From: a virus
Lineage: Duplodnaviria > Caudoviricetes
Direction: 5' to 3' (one strand)
DNA: 33,287 nt
IMG/VR virus record: IMGVR_UViG_3300030392_000835
Span: 1 to 33,287 of that record
This document shows, in pieces, positions 17,482 to 26,512 of the stretch. Position 1 is the first letter of the stretch. Each line of letters begins with the position of its first letter. Made by a program: the position numbers and the translations under genes. A model generated the notes under the pieces. The model saw only the letters and a program-made list of their open reading frames with translations, did not search any database and was not told the DNA's origin.

Positions 17482-19421
17482 TGACCAGCAAGGTCTTAGA
17501 TGATAACGAGGTATATATCGGGGGTACTTACTACCCTGTTACAAAACCCGTCCAGTCAACCCTTGCGTCTATATATCCAGCTAAAATAACTATTGGAGAT
17601 ACTACCAGGGACAGCCAGTTAAGGTCCTCTGTTATATCATGGTCAGACTGGCGTGGAGGCATTGGCGTAGACCGTATGCAGGGTGCTTCCGATTCTGATA
17701 GAGCATGGTATTCTACCTGCCAGTTGAGATACAGACATCACCTGGTTCTTCCTGCACTTTCCACAGAAACCAGGGCTCAACTATCTAATGGTACTGCGGT
17801 ATCAGGAGAGGTTACATTTATAGCAGAACTGGGAACAGTATTATATGTAGGCTTTAGTAATGCACCGTATTATTACTCTGAAGGTGGTGAGTCCCACGGG
17901 GCTGACCATCTTACCCAGGTTACCAGTAGCAGTAGCGCATATGAATTTCCCTCTACCCCTACCGATTCTATAACTATACGTATGGGTGGGACTGATTATA
18001 TAGTAGTGGCCCATACTGGTGGATATAGCTATTTTTCATCTGCGACAACCGTTGCCGATAAAACTACTGATGCAAAGTTCCTTACCTTCTGGGATGACAG
18101 GTTATGGGGAATAGATGTAACTGGGCAGCTATGGTATACATTGACCATATCTGGTACTCCCGTTAACGATGCACAACTACCTGTTCAGAGTGGGTTTGTT
18201 ACTGACTTGTTTGTAGGCCGTGATGCCAGTGGTGAACAGATAATATATGCTGCCACAAAGGTAGGGTTATATGCCCATGATGCTGCTAATGGCAGGTGGG
18301 TAGAGACACAGTTCCAGCTTCCATTCCATAATTTCAATGGTGTTGGCTCGGTAAGGTGGCGTGATTCTATATACACCCCTAGTGGCCTGGGTATATATAA
18401 ATATATTAACGGCAATAACAATGCTGTTATCACTGTTATGGGGCCAGACAGGGATGATGGATTACCTGCGGTACAGCGTGGAACGATTAAGAAGTTGATA
18501 GGGACTCATACAGAATTACTGGCTGCCGTAGACGCAACTACTGCCCCTGCTTCACAGGCAGCTACGGATTGGTCTTTCCATGTACCCGTAGGTCAGGCCA
18601 GCCGTACATGTGTAATGGATGCCAGTACAGGACAATCATCAATCGTTGGATGGAATGATACTGGCTGGGAAACCAAGTGGTCTGCTCCCACTTCTGCAGC
18701 CGGAAAACCTGTAGAGCATTTAATAGTGACAAATTCAGGAAAGGGCGATTACAGGATGTGGTGGGGATTTAACGGAAAGTTGTATAACCAGCTTGTGCCT
18801 TTTGACGTTATTAACCCTGCACAGCTATCCACGTTTGAGTATGACACTTCAGGTGTACATGAGACTCCCTGGTTTGATGCGCAGCAGGCAGAGGTAGACA
18901 AGCTGGCATTAAAGCTAAAGGTTGAAGTAGAGGATTCTGGAAGTAATGAAACTGTTAAGGTTGACTATGCACTTAATTATTCTGATACATATGAAACATC
19001 ACTGGGAACTATAAGCAGTGATGGTACAACCACGTACACGTTTGGTAGTGGCGTAGGAGTAAGTTTCAGGTCTATCAGGTTTAAGCTAACCCTTGCCAGA
19101 CAGGCAGGGTCAACAATTGCGATAATGAAAAAGTCTCCTGATGTTGTTTCTTTAACCCTGGAATACAGGAAGAAGCTAGAGGCAAAGTACGGTCATACCG
19201 TGGAAGTGGATTTAAACAAGACATACAAGGGAAAGGACCCTGCACAGTTACGTTCAGCCCTTGTCTCATCTATTGAGGCTAATACTCTACAGGAGTTTAC
19301 ATTCAGGGATGATTCGGGTGGCACAAGAAACTACTATGTTGATATCACATCGGCTACCGGTATTGAATATACCGGGTATGACGAGCGTGGTACATCACGT
19401 ATTACACTGGTAGAACCATGA
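17481..19421 (+). CDS. Tail nozzle / tail tubular B-like (stabilisation) protein
   Basis: 646 aa, WSDWRGGIG near the N-terminus, beta-propeller-like blades (FWDDRLWG, LWYT), C-terminal ETPWFD...FRSIRFKLTL; follows the adaptor. Confidence 0.7.
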   Translation: MTSKVLDDNEVYIGGTYYPVTKPVQSTLASIYPAKITIGDTTRDSQLRSSVISWSDWRGGIGVDRMQGASDSDRAWYSTCQLRYRHHLVLPALSTETRAQLSNGTAVSGEVTFIAELGTVLYVGFSNAPYYYSEGGESHGADHLTQVTSSSSAYEFPSTPTDSITIRMGGTDYIVVAHTGGYSYFSSATTVADKTTDAKFLTFWDDRLWGIDVTGQLWYTLTISGTPVNDAQLPVQSGFVTDLFVGRDASGEQIIYAATKVGLYAHDAANGRWVETQFQLPFHNFNGVGSVRWRDSIYTPSGLGIYKYINGNNNAVITVMGPDRDDGLPAVQRGTIKKLIGTHTELLAAVDATTAPASQAATDWSFHVPVGQASRTCVMDASTGQSSIVGWNDTGWETKWSAPTSAAGKPVEHLIVTNSGKGDYRMWWGFNGKLYNQLVPFDVINPAQLSTFEYDTSGVHETPWFDAQQAEVDKLALKLKVEVEDSGSNETVKVDYALNYSDTYETSLGTISSDGTTTYTFGSGVGVSFRSIRFKLTLARQAGSTIAIMKKSPDVVSLTLEYRKKLEAKYGHTVEVDLNKTYKGKDPAQLRSALVSSIEANTLQEFTFRDDSGGTRNYYVDITSATGIEYTGYDERGTSRITLVEP

Positions 19422-19711
19422 TATTCGATTCAGGAACTACAACAGTATCAACTGCAGGTACAGAGCAGCAGATATCCAATACTACTAACAAGGTACGTTG
19501 GATAAAGGTAAAGGCCCTGGCTGCTAATTCGGGTATATCTTATCTTGGCGTTGCTGATGTATCAGCTACCAACGGTTATGAGCTATCTGCGGGAAACGAG
19601 ATAGAACTTAGTTTTACAGAGGCAGGAGGGTCTGTTCCTTTCAGTGTGTTTTATGTAGATGTGGCATCCAACGGTGATAAGGTCTGTTGGGTTGTCATGC
19701 TGGACGGATAA
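19418..19711 (+). CDS. Small beta-rich virion-associated protein
   Basis: 97 aa, ATGA overlap, KALAANSGISYLG...NGYELSAG. Confidence 0.65.
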   Translation: MIFDSGTTTVSTAGTEQQISNTTNKVRWIKVKALAANSGISYLGVADVSATNGYELSAGNEIELSFTEAGGSVPFSVFYVDVASNGDKVCWVVMLDG

Positions 19712-20109
19712 TGGTTACCCAGTCAGGTCTGCCAGAAGCACCGGAAGGATGGGAAGGCTCTAAGCCTGAGTGGGCTTTTTACTCTGCTCTTGTTAGGCTG
19801 GGCCTACAGCCTGGTGAAGACTTTTCCTACCAGTCTCCCCTCATGGGGGGCAGGCTGGACAAGGGTGGGGCCATAATTGACTTCATGTTTTTTAATCCAC
19901 CGGACCTTGCGGTCAATGTTCAGGGTGTATACTATCACTATGAACTGGGTGCGGAGACAAGGGCCCGTGATATATTCACCAGGCAGTCTCTTGCAGGCCA
20001 GGGGATTACACTTATTTTTGTAGATGAAGATGATTTAGAACAAGACGCTATAGGCACTGCGAGGAATGCCTTATCATTCAGAGATACTTCTAGACTGGGA
20101 GGTAGATAG
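19711..20109 (+). CDS. Vsr/DUF559-like restriction-endonuclease-fold protein
   Basis: SKPE...FSYQ...IIDFMF...LAVNVQGVYYH...RARD. Start placed at ATG 19711, overlapping the upstream TAA. Confidence 0.6.
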   Translation: MVTQSGLPEAPEGWEGSKPEWAFYSALVRLGLQPGEDFSYQSPLMGGRLDKGGAIIDFMFFNPPDLAVNVQGVYYHYELGAETRARDIFTRQSLAGQGITLIFVDEDDLEQDAIGTARNALSFRDTSRLGGR

Positions 20110-22023
20110 ATGGCTGCTCCTACCATTAACTTTGCAGGATTCGTATATGACGATGCGGGAGATGCCGTATCTGGGGCAACTGTTCATATATATGATAAGA
20201 ACTCCACCAGTACTGCACGTGAATCATCCAGTATTACGACTAACTCAAGCGGGTACTGGAGTTATGCCCATGCTACCCCAGGGGAATTTGACGTAGAGGT
20301 TGTAAGTGGTGCTTCAAAGAGGCGGTTTAAGTTTGATGACAAGATACATATTGCGGAAGTAGACGCAGAGAAGATAAGCATACGTGGTAACGAGGGGGCT
20401 ATAGCTGCCCTGTTCATGTATGCGGATGAAGGGGATGATGTTAGTGACCAGTGGCGTGTCGATGTAGGTACTGATGGTGTTCTGGCCTTTGGTAACGATG
20501 CTGCTTCCCAGGGTTCATTCGTAGACCATTTAACTATTACTCCCAATTCAACAGTAGCTAACAGCACTGTTGCATTTAAGGGTGGGGTCACAATTGCCGG
20601 GGACTTGACTGTCACTGGTGACGACATCACTATGGCTACGAATACCTCTACTGCCATACTCGTAGCTGATGGTACTAACTATAATCCTGTGGTTCCTACT
20701 GGGGTTATTGACCTAGCTAATGATGGTGCGTTTACCGTAGACAACACATTCATATCTAGCCAGACAGAGATAACCTCTGGGCTAGCTGCTGCCGATGAGC
20801 TGCTATATTCCGATGGGGGCACAGTTAAAAAGATTGGACTTGATAATCTTGTCGAACTTGGACCAGCCCTTTCTACTGAGGATGCTATAGCTAACGGTGA
20901 CTACATCTTGTTCTTGGATGGTGGTGCTAGTGGGAACATGAACAAAGAAGCGGTCCATGACTTGGCTACTCTGTTTGCAGGTAGTGGACTAACAGCTACT
21001 AACTCTGTAATAGCTGTAGATACCCTGAATCAAGACACTTCTGGAACTGCTGCTATTGCTACTACTGTAACCATAACGGATAATGAAAGTACTGATGAAG
21101 ATAATGCCATTATCTTTACGTCGGGTGGGGATGTTGACGGTGGGAATATTGGTTTAGAATCAGACGGTACTCTAACTTATAACCCTAGTACAGGGAAGAT
21201 TACAGCTACTGGTTTTCTAGGGGCTATTGATGGGATTCTAGGAGCGAATAGTGCTGCTGCTGTTACAGGAACGACTGGAGTTTTTACCACTAGTATAGAT
21301 ATTACTGGCTCTGCTGGTATTATCCTAGAAAATGACGAGACTATTACTAATAGTACTAATGGAACAGTTGCTTTTAGTGGTGGTATAGCAATACCCAATG
21401 CAGGGAATATTGGTTCCGCAAGTGATTTAGATGCTATCGCTATAGCATCTAACGGTGTAGTTAATTTTACACAAGCACCAACAGTAGCATCTGCTGCTGT
21501 CCTAACAGCAGGGGTTGAAAATATCTGGGTTCCTGCAGCAGCTATGACTCCAAGGGATAATGCTGGTTGTGCTGCTTTAACTACAGTTGCAGCAGGTACA
21601 AATGGCAGACCTGACTTTCATGTTTTGGACTTTGATAATTCTTCTGACGAACATGCTCAGTTCACCATAGCCATGCCTAAGTCATGGGACGGTGGAAATG
21701 TTTATTACTATGTATATTGGATAGGTCTTGCAGCCACTACTGGGGTGACATGGGGATTGGAGGTTCTTTCTCTTAACGACAACGAGGAGTTTAACCAAGC
21801 ATATGTTAACCCTATTTTAGTTGATGATGATTCTCAGGGAGATGTTACCGAATTACTTGTTAGTGCTAAGAGTGCCGCTATAGCCTGTAGTGGTGCAGAT
21901 AACGACCTATTATGTTTTCAGGTATATAGAGATGTGTCTGCTGGCAATGATGACATGGCTGGCGATGCCAGACTCTGGGGCTTACTCCTAGAATATACAA
22001 CTAATGCAGCGACGGACGCATAA
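20110..22023 (+). CDS. Tail fibre / receptor-binding protein
   Basis: 637 aa with an N-terminal Ig/carboxypeptidase-regulatory-like segment (GFVYDDAGDAVSGATVHIYD...TTNSSGYWSY), G/T/A/D-rich shaft with knob repeats, and a C-terminal beta-sandwich (LDFD...AQFTIAMPKSWDGG). Confidence 0.75.
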   Translation: MAAPTINFAGFVYDDAGDAVSGATVHIYDKNSTSTARESSSITTNSSGYWSYAHATPGEFDVEVVSGASKRRFKFDDKIHIAEVDAEKISIRGNEGAIAALFMYADEGDDVSDQWRVDVGTDGVLAFGNDAASQGSFVDHLTITPNSTVANSTVAFKGGVTIAGDLTVTGDDITMATNTSTAILVADGTNYNPVVPTGVIDLANDGAFTVDNTFISSQTEITSGLAAADELLYSDGGTVKKIGLDNLVELGPALSTEDAIANGDYILFLDGGASGNMNKEAVHDLATLFAGSGLTATNSVIAVDTLNQDTSGTAAIATTVTITDNESTDEDNAIIFTSGGDVDGGNIGLESDGTLTYNPSTGKITATGFLGAIDGILGANSAAAVTGTTGVFTTSIDITGSAGIILENDETITNSTNGTVAFSGGIAIPNAGNIGSASDLDAIAIASNGVVNFTQAPTVASAAVLTAGVENIWVPAAAMTPRDNAGCAALTTVAAGTNGRPDFHVLDFDNSSDEHAQFTIAMPKSWDGGNVYYYVYWIGLAATTGVTWGLEVLSLNDNEEFNQAYVNPILVDDDSQGDVTELLVSAKSAAIACSGADNDLLCFQVYRDVSAGNDDMAGDARLWGLLLEYTTNAATDA

Positions 22024-22817
22024 TGAGTAGATTTGGATATCAAGTTTTAGGATTCGGAAGCACAACATCAAGAGTATCTGCGGCAACACCGGCTGCCCTT
22101 GAATTAGATATGGACGCTTCTAACGATGGTGACTCTCTCGTGCTTATACATGCAGATGCGTTTGACTTTGCCGATGATGACTTTACATTAGAAGGTTGGT
22201 TCCGTTCTGAAAGAACTCATGCAGGTGGCCCAACAAGTGGATGGAGAGCATTGTTTGCCATAATGACAGGTGCTGGATACGATGGGTACGGTGGTAATAT
22301 TTGGATACGTCACGATAGTGAATCTATTGAATGGAATTGGAACAACTCTGCTGGTGCAGGTTTAGTTGACTTTACAAGTAGCAACGCACAGCCACAGTCA
22401 AGCTCGCCAAGTACTTGGTTTCATTTTGCCGCTGTTATGGATGGTGGTACAGCGGAGATGTTTATTAATGGAGTGTCAGGTGGGACGACATCAAGAAATG
22501 GAAATGTTGTAGATGCTTCAGCACTTAGGATAGGTGTTTCTACTTCTGGTACTGCGGATTTCAAGGGATGGATAGATGAGATAAGAATTAGTAATAATGC
22601 TAGATACGACAGTGATTTCAGTGATAGTTTACCAACATCTGAATTTACATCTGATGATAATACGATAGTCCTACTACATATGAATGGTGATAATGACGGT
22701 CAAGTGTTTACAAATTCAGCATCTGGAACTGCTGCTAAAGACGTAACAATTACTGTCGGAGATGATGCCAAGACTAATACATCATATGGTATTGGTACAG
22801 GTAATGCACCGTCATAA
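22023..22817 (+). CDS. LamG/concanavalin A-like lectin domain protein (tail appendage)
   Basis: DFTLEGWFR, TWFHFAAV, MFING, FKGWIDEIRISNNARY, DDNTIVLLH. Confidence 0.85.
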   Translation: MSRFGYQVLGFGSTTSRVSAATPAALELDMDASNDGDSLVLIHADAFDFADDDFTLEGWFRSERTHAGGPTSGWRALFAIMTGAGYDGYGGNIWIRHDSESIEWNWNNSAGAGLVDFTSSNAQPQSSSPSTWFHFAAVMDGGTAEMFINGVSGGTTSRNGNVVDASALRIGVSTSGTADFKGWIDEIRISNNARYDSDFSDSLPTSEFTSDDNTIVLLHMNGDNDGQVFTNSASGTAAKDVTITVGDDAKTNTSYGIGTGNAPS

Positions 22818-22831
22818 TAAATGGAGTAACT

Positions 22832-23077
22832 ATGCCTAATCCATGCTCATGTAATTATAATCAAAATGGCTCTACGTCATGCAATCTATGTGGGTCATTG
22901 AGTGAATGTTATTGTCAGCCGAACTGTGATTGTTCCACATGTGCTAGTAAGAAGGTCACGGCTTATAATAAAGCTAATGACTGCCCCTGTGGGGCGTGGA
23001 GAGAAACATATACATGGCAATCTGGCACAACGGTCTATGTGCCGTATCCTATACATCCAGCTTGTACATGCGAGTAA
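22832..23077 (+). CDS. Metallothionein-like Cys-rich small protein
   Basis: 13 Cys in 81 aa, five CxC motifs plus CxxC; SD GGAG. Confidence 0.65.
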   Translation: MPNPCSCNYNQNGSTSCNLCGSLSECYCQPNCDCSTCASKKVTAYNKANDCPCGAWRETYTWQSGTTVYVPYPIHPACTCE

Positions 23078-23104
23078 CATATATCTAGAGGGTAAAGGTA
23101 GCTT

Positions 23105-23284
23105 ATGAACTTAATCAAGGCTGTTAGGTTTGTTTTACAGTATCAATCTTGTATTGATGAACTAATGTCACTGGTAACGACTTTGCACAATTCAGTGAAA
23201 GACGGAAAGATTAGCCAGAAAGATAGCTCAAGATGTATGAAAAAGTATTGGGCCCTGGTAAAAGCAATAGAAAAGGTATCCTAA
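23105..23284 (+). CDS. Small helical hypothetical protein, 59 aa (below ORF-track cutoff)
   Basis: MNLIKAVRFVLQYQSCIDELMSLVTTLHNSVKDGKISQKDSSRCMKKYWALVKAIEKVS, preceded by AAGGT. Confidence 0.7.
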   Translation: MNLIKAVRFVLQYQSCIDELMSLVTTLHNSVKDGKISQKDSSRCMKKYWALVKAIEKVS

Positions 23285-23356
23285 TGGTAGTGGCAGTCTC
23301 CCGTAGAGCGACGTAAAGCATGCGGGCGGTATCGTGGTATAGGGTGGTTAAAATAA

Positions 23357-23404
23357 ATGGCTGTTTCAGAAAAAGATTTACAAGAGGAGTTAGCTGATGG
23401 ATAG
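23357..23404 (+). pseudogene. Possible truncated gene start or leader peptide MAVSEKDLQEELADG
   Basis: 15-codon ORF with a purine-rich upstream region; contains the GAGGAG SD of the next gene and overlaps its ATG. Confidence 0.3.
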
Positions 23405-24446
23405 AATCAAAGCGTTCTTTCTAGTAGTTAAGCTGTTCTTTTTAGGATGGTGGCTGAATATAAAAGCTGCATGGGCATACACAATAGCCATACCGGGTAA
23501 GGTGTTTCGTGCCATCAAGCGTTCACCTATCGCAGCATATCGCAAGGTAGCAGCATGGCGTGATTGGATTATTGCCAAGGTTGAGTACCTCAACTCCGAA
23601 TCTGCCAAATGGAAACGAACATTTAATATCCTCAAAAGCCCTTATTCATTCTTGAGAATGATGGGGCTGTCTCCTCAGATGGCTATAGGACTACTTGCGG
23701 TAGGGTCAACCGCTGGTACTGGTGTCGTGGTTAACGAAACGATTCTCTCGGAGCGTAGCTTCAGCAATGGTGATTCAGGAGTCTATGCTGCACCAACAGA
23801 TATACCCACATCGTTTTCCGATGACAATAATACGTTGCGTATTGACTTAGGCACTACGCCAGTACGAGAAATTACTATCGAGAACGTATCAGTTGGTACG
23901 GTTTTCACTGGTTCTGCACTGCCAACCGGGCAGAATAATGTAGTTCAAATTTCAGGAGTGCCACTCTCTGCTACGTCAACCAGGCTGGAAGTAGGGCATC
24001 TGATTTTTGAGAAGAGTAGATGCAAGGAACTGCTTGTGTCTGACGTTGTAGCTCATACCCTGATTATCAAGGGGAATGCATCGGACGGTCAGTCAATTGC
24101 GCCATCACCAGGTACTGGAAGGATGAGGGCTATTGGTGGTGGGCACCATCAAGCTGAAGCAATGACTACATCCGGTGGTACTTATGACCGAATATGGATT
24201 CAAGCCCCAACGAGTGGTGTGAACGGTAAGGTAGGCACGTTGAAACTTTCTAATCTATTTACCAAGGGTGGTAACTGTGTGCTAAATCGCATGGATATCG
24301 GGACGCTTGAGATTAACCTTAATGAAGTTGGTGAAGGTAATGGGTTTGCCACTAAAGAATTTGTGATTGCGACCTCTACTACAGCATCTGTTATGACCAT
24401 ATCTGATAATGTGGAAGTGACGATAGCAGAACCTGACACTCAATAA
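23397..24446 (+). CDS. Membrane-anchored protein with amphipathic N-terminus and beta-rich C-terminal region
   Basis: 349 aa; hydrophobic/basic Trp-rich first ~90 aa, second hydrophobic stretch (MAIGLLAVGSTAGTGVVV), then a G/S/T-rich beta region; SD GAGGAG. Confidence 0.75.
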   Translation: MDRIKAFFLVVKLFFLGWWLNIKAAWAYTIAIPGKVFRAIKRSPIAAYRKVAAWRDWIIAKVEYLNSESAKWKRTFNILKSPYSFLRMMGLSPQMAIGLLAVGSTAGTGVVVNETILSERSFSNGDSGVYAAPTDIPTSFSDDNNTLRIDLGTTPVREITIENVSVGTVFTGSALPTGQNNVVQISGVPLSATSTRLEVGHLIFEKSRCKELLVSDVVAHTLIIKGNASDGQSIAPSPGTGRMRAIGGGHHQAEAMTTSGGTYDRIWIQAPTSGVNGKVGTLKLSNLFTKGGNCVLNRMDIGTLEINLNEVGEGNGFATKEFVIATSTTASVMTISDNVEVTIAEPDTQ

Positions 24447-24454
24447 GGAATATT

Positions 24455-24847
24455 ATGGATGTTAAGAACATGAAAGCCTCTATTGCTGTTATCGTAGCAA
24501 TAGTCGCTCAGGCGTTTGGCTTAATCTGGTATGTTGCACAACTTGATAGTACGGTTACGAATCTTGATTCTGCTGTTGAGGTAATGCAGGAGTCTCAGGC
24601 AACAGTCGATGTTGCCGTACTCCAGACAACAGTTGAAGGGCTGAAAGAAACACTTGATTCCTCAGATTTGGAAGAGGCTTTAGATGAGTTGGAGGCCCGA
24701 CTCGATGATGTAGAAACTACTCAAGCTCTCATAAACAATGAAATGCGTACCATAATGGCAGAGCATTCCACCATAAATGAAACCTTAAAAAGTATGGGGA
24801 AAGAGGGGTATGGAGATAACAGAACTTATGGTAATTACGGGAAATAA
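24455..24847 (+). CDS. Single-TM coiled-coil membrane protein (holin/spanin-like position)
   Basis: TM segment SIAVIVAIVAQAFGLIWYVA followed by a long acidic heptad repeat. Confidence 0.7.
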   Translation: MDVKNMKASIAVIVAIVAQAFGLIWYVAQLDSTVTNLDSAVEVMQESQATVDVAVLQTTVEGLKETLDSSDLEEALDELEARLDDVETTQALINNEMRTIMAEHSTINETLKSMGKEGYGDNRTYGNYGK

Positions 24848-24861
24848 CGGACGGTTATATA

Positions 24862-25044
24862 ATGGATAAAAGATGGTGGGAAATAATAGGGCACCTACGT
24901 CCCCAGGTACTTACGGCAATTATAATCCTTGGCATTATAGCTATCATAGCTATGTATGAAGATTTACCGGAAATTGCGGGAGTGGCAGGGGCGGGAATCA
25001 TTGCATTAAGCAAGGATGTTATAACCTCTGATACTAATTCTTAG
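24862..25044 (+). CDS. Small two-TM protein, holin-like
   Basis: 60 aa; VLTAIIILGIIAIIAM and IAGVAGAGIIAL hydrophobic segments; last gene of the late arm. Confidence 0.65.
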   Translation: MDKRWWEIIGHLRPQVLTAIIILGIIAIIAMYEDLPEIAGVAGAGIIALSKDVITSDTNS

Positions 25045-25246
25045 ACCACCATCCTATATTTTGTGATGGTATTATAAGTATATCGTCCGTATAAACTACT
25101 GCTTTTGTTTTAGGGTTTCTCCTGGGACGCCTTGGTCTATTGTCTGAGTTACAGAATTGCATGGTAGCCTTGCATTTTTTGCACTTGCCCTTGCTTTCAG
25201 GGCCGTTGGGTGTATCAATAATCCAGTGATGTATGCAGTCACTCAT
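25034..25246 (-). CDS. Small CxHHW...CxxC zinc-ribbon protein
   Basis: CIHHWIIDTPNGPESKGKCKKC...FCNS; pattern recalled from small Dehalococcoidia proteins. Confidence 0.75.
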   Translation of the reverse strand: MSDCIHHWIIDTPNGPESKGKCKKCKATMQFCNSDNRPRRPRRNPKTKAVVYTDDILIIPSQNIGWWSKN

Positions 25247-25415
25247 CTTTTTTACCCTTACGTTTCTCTCTTAAACTATCTCTGTCCCGCCGGTCCCAGC
25301 AGGTAACACAGTACCCGTTTCCTAAAAGGCCAAAGGTATTGCATCCATATCTCTTACACTCCCCTTTGCTTTCCGTAACTTTCGGGATTTCCTCGTAGGA
25401 ACGATAATCTGTCAT
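25239..25415 (-). CDS. Small Cys4 protein, 58 aa (below ORF-track cutoff)
   Basis: MTDYRSYEEIPKVTESKGECKRYGCNTFGLLGNGYCVTCWDRRDRDSLREKRKGKKDE; overlaps both neighbours. Confidence 0.7.
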   Translation of the reverse strand: MTDYRSYEEIPKVTESKGECKRYGCNTFGLLGNGYCVTCWDRRDRDSLREKRKGKKDE

Positions 25416-25786
25416 TATACTTCCTCGATATCTAATATGGTTTCGTTCTCGTCTATCTTATCTCCCCACTCGTAGTGCAGGGTATAGGACAGGTGCTTTG
25501 CGGAGTCATCTACTATGACACCTGCATGTATAAGGCCGTCGATACTACCTTTCATTGCAGAGAGCAGGTTATCTATATCACGGTCCCGTTTGTCCTTGGA
25601 ACGCCAGGTTATGGTGATGTGGGCTCTTTCTAATGTATCATCGGGACGGCCCTGTTCCAGTACGTAGGCAATCATCTCTTCCTGTTGCTCTCTACGTATT
25701 TTACTGAGTTCCATGTAATGGGTTTTTCTGTTGGGATACGCTTTACCCGGCGGGAGGTGCGGTAGTGTTATCTTCATCTGTTTCAC
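25415..25786 (-). CDS. rusA: RusA-like Holliday junction resolvase
   Basis: RDRDIDNLLSAMKGSIDGLIHAGVIVDDS matches the RusA D-x-D-N...K...D-x-L...DD motif. The start may be ATG 25777. Confidence 0.8.
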   Translation of the reverse strand: MKQMKITLPHLPPGKAYPNRKTHYMELSKIRREQQEEMIAYVLEQGRPDDTLERAHITITWRSKDKRDRDIDNLLSAMKGSIDGLIHAGVIVDDSAKHLSYTLHYEWGDKIDENETILDIEEV

Positions 25787-26099
25787 CTGTGTATATAAAG
25801 ATGGGAGTATGGGGTCCCACCCATGCCCCCTTCACGTTAAACTCAAAGTATTCCCTGGCTACAAACATAGGGTCGTTGTACTCGTCATCGGGGTCATCGG
25901 AATCTCCTGCAGGTTCCATGTCCCTTGCTATTATCTCTATGATTTTGGATTCATCATATATCACACATATACGGTCATCGTTCCAGTGCCCATCTGATAT
26001 ACCCAGTATTGCAGGAGCGTAAAGTTCTACTGGCTCGACAAACTGGAGCCCTTCAATGTCCGTAGACATAGCGTATTCTTGTATATCTTTTAACCGCAT
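25743..26099 (-). CDS. Phage hypothetical protein
   Basis: AILGI...VIYDESKII...AREYFEFNVKGAWVGPHTPIFI, a pattern recalled from aquatic phage ORFs. Start uncertain (26108, 26099 or 26069). Confidence 0.7.
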   Translation of the reverse strand: MRLKDIQEYAMSTDIEGLQFVEPVELYAPAILGISDGHWNDDRICVIYDESKIIEIIARDMEPAGDSDDPDDEYNDPMFVAREYFEFNVKGAWVGPHTPIFIYTGETDEDNTTAPPAG

Positions 26100-26512
26100 G
26101 CCGAACACTTAACAGGTGAGCTTTCAGGGCATGAGCCATCTGTAAATATACATCCCTTGTATTCGTATAGGTTTCTTAGGAGTCTTTCCAGTTCATCCCA
26201 TTTGTCCATGTGTACAAATACAAACTTATACTCTAGTTCACTTCCTATCATCACGGGCCGGTTGTTATCGTCCCACAGCTTCTTGTCTGCTGCGATGAAC
26301 CACTCCACCCCTTTACGTAACCTGGCCCTCAGTTCATCTTCAGGTGAGTCTTTGTGTTCCAGTGCAGCCAGTACGTCATTCTTATGCCTACTCAACTCTT
26401 TGACTATAGACTCTGCAGACTTGGGACCCCGTATTCTTAAATGTTCCCCATTCCGGGTTACTGTTAACCCTGCCTCCTCCGCACGTTGAAGTAATCTCAT
26501 CCCGTTGTCCAT
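26090..26512 (-). CDS. Protein with TubC_N-like N-terminal domain and C-terminal Cys cluster
   Basis: LLQRAEEAGLTVTRNGEHLRIRGPK...LSRHKNDVLAAL; C-terminal CIFTDGSCPESSPVKCSAC. Confidence 0.6.
   Translation of the reverse strand: MDNGMRLLQRAEEAGLTVTRNGEHLRIRGPKSAESIVKELSRHKNDVLAALEHKDSPEDELRARLRKGVEWFIAADKKLWDDNNRPVMIGSELEYKFVFVHMDKWDELERLLRNLYEYKGCIFTDGSCPESSPVKCSACG

Noticed and set aside
940-24439. Many antisense and alternate-frame ORFs inside the structural genes
   Set aside because: Shadow ORFs of long, coupled, SD-led + strand genes with no independent motifs.
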